This document shows positions 63,300 to 64,000 of a stretch of DNA of 64,000 bases, in pieces. The stretch is taken from positions 108,626,001 to 108,690,000 of the forward strand of contig CM052817.1 of NCBI GenBank assembly GCA_028534125.1, written 5' to 3'. A program made the translations under genes and the position numbers. The first letter of the stretch is position 1; every line of letters begins with the position of its first letter. Under the pieces are notes generated by a model. The model did no database searches and was not told the DNA's origin. It was given only the letters and a program-made list of their open reading frames with translations. Source of the DNA: Lama glama. Lineage: Eukaryota.

Positions 63300-64000
63300 G
63301 GAACCAGCCTTTCACACCTGCACACTGAGAACAGTCATAACCAGGCTTTGCAGGCAGTTGTGCTGGGGGCCAGCACCCACTGACCAGCATGCCCACAACA
63401 ATCATGGCCCAAGGACATCAGGAGGGTGTACATGCAGCCCCAAAAGGGGATATCCCCAGAGTACCTGGCTCTGGTAACCAGGGAGGACTGCATCACTGAG
63501 ATGTACAGGACACCTTTACATAAGGCCACTCTTTAAAGACAGGAAGACATAGCTAATACACTGAATGGATAGAAACAAAGTACTGTTAAACAAGGAGATT
63601 TAGGCAAAGTGAGAAGACACAATACCTTCCAAATGAAAGAGCAAGGCAAAACCTCAGGAAAATAACTAAGCAATTCAGAGATAAACAATTCACCAGATAA
63701 AAAGTTAAAGCAAAAATGATGCTTACCAAATTGCAAAGAAAAACAGGTGAACTCTTCAACAAAGAGATAGAAAATGTTAAAAAAAAATCAGACTGAAGAA
63801 TACAAAATCTGAAATGGAACTAGACAGACTTGACAGGAGATTTGAAAATGCAGAACAGAACATCAGTCTGGAAGAGAGAGTAGTGCAACTCACTCAATCA
63901 GAATTGAAAAAAATAAAATTAAAAATTGAGGGTAGTGTAAGGGACCTCTAGGACAACATCAAGTTTACTAACTTTCACATTATAGGGCTCCCAGAGGGAG
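63300..64000 (+). mobile_element. L1 5' region/ORF1 remnant running off the end of the window
   Basis: A-rich coiled-coil-type sequence ending gtaagggacctctaggacaacatcaagtttactaactttcacattatagggctcccagagggag (degenerate LRDLWDNIKxxNIHIIGVPEGE of L1 ORF1p). Confidence 0.8.

Noticed and set aside
1..64000. Prokaryote-type systems (CRISPR arrays, operons, defence loci) or a novel multi-gene system
   Set aside because: The sequence is clearly mammalian intron/intergenic DNA. No regularly spaced repeat array or gene cluster was seen.

Overview
Mammalian (eutherian) genomic DNA, most likely a camelid, judged from the abundant tRNA-Ala-derived vic-1-type SINEs and artiodactyl-type L1 3' UTRs. It contains the 3' end of PDGFC (platelet-derived growth factor C) on the + strand: coding exons at 13423-13630, 18254-18471 and 22949-23065 (exons 4-6 by the standard gene model), plus a 3' UTR running to a poly(A) signal at about 24929. 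Bases 1-13422 are the distal part of the preceding intron. About 39 kb downstream is gene-free as far as I can see and is filled with decayed L1, L2, MIR, MaLR and ERV-L sequence. There are four placeholder N gaps. I found no evidence of a new multi-gene biological system. The most notable signal is a set of sharp local GC/CpG peaks: exon 5 has 69 of 73 codons ending in G/C, and six amino-acid changes relative to the human sequence as I recall it are each an A/T-to-G/C change, which suggests GC-biased gene conversion reshaping the growth-factor domain. Other points of interest are a CAGCAG tandem splice acceptor, an L1 insertion carrying about 200 bp of non-L1 sequence, a tandem SINE trimer and twin-primed L1 inversions. 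Comparisons with human, mouse and repeat consensus sequences are from memory and need to be verified by alignment.
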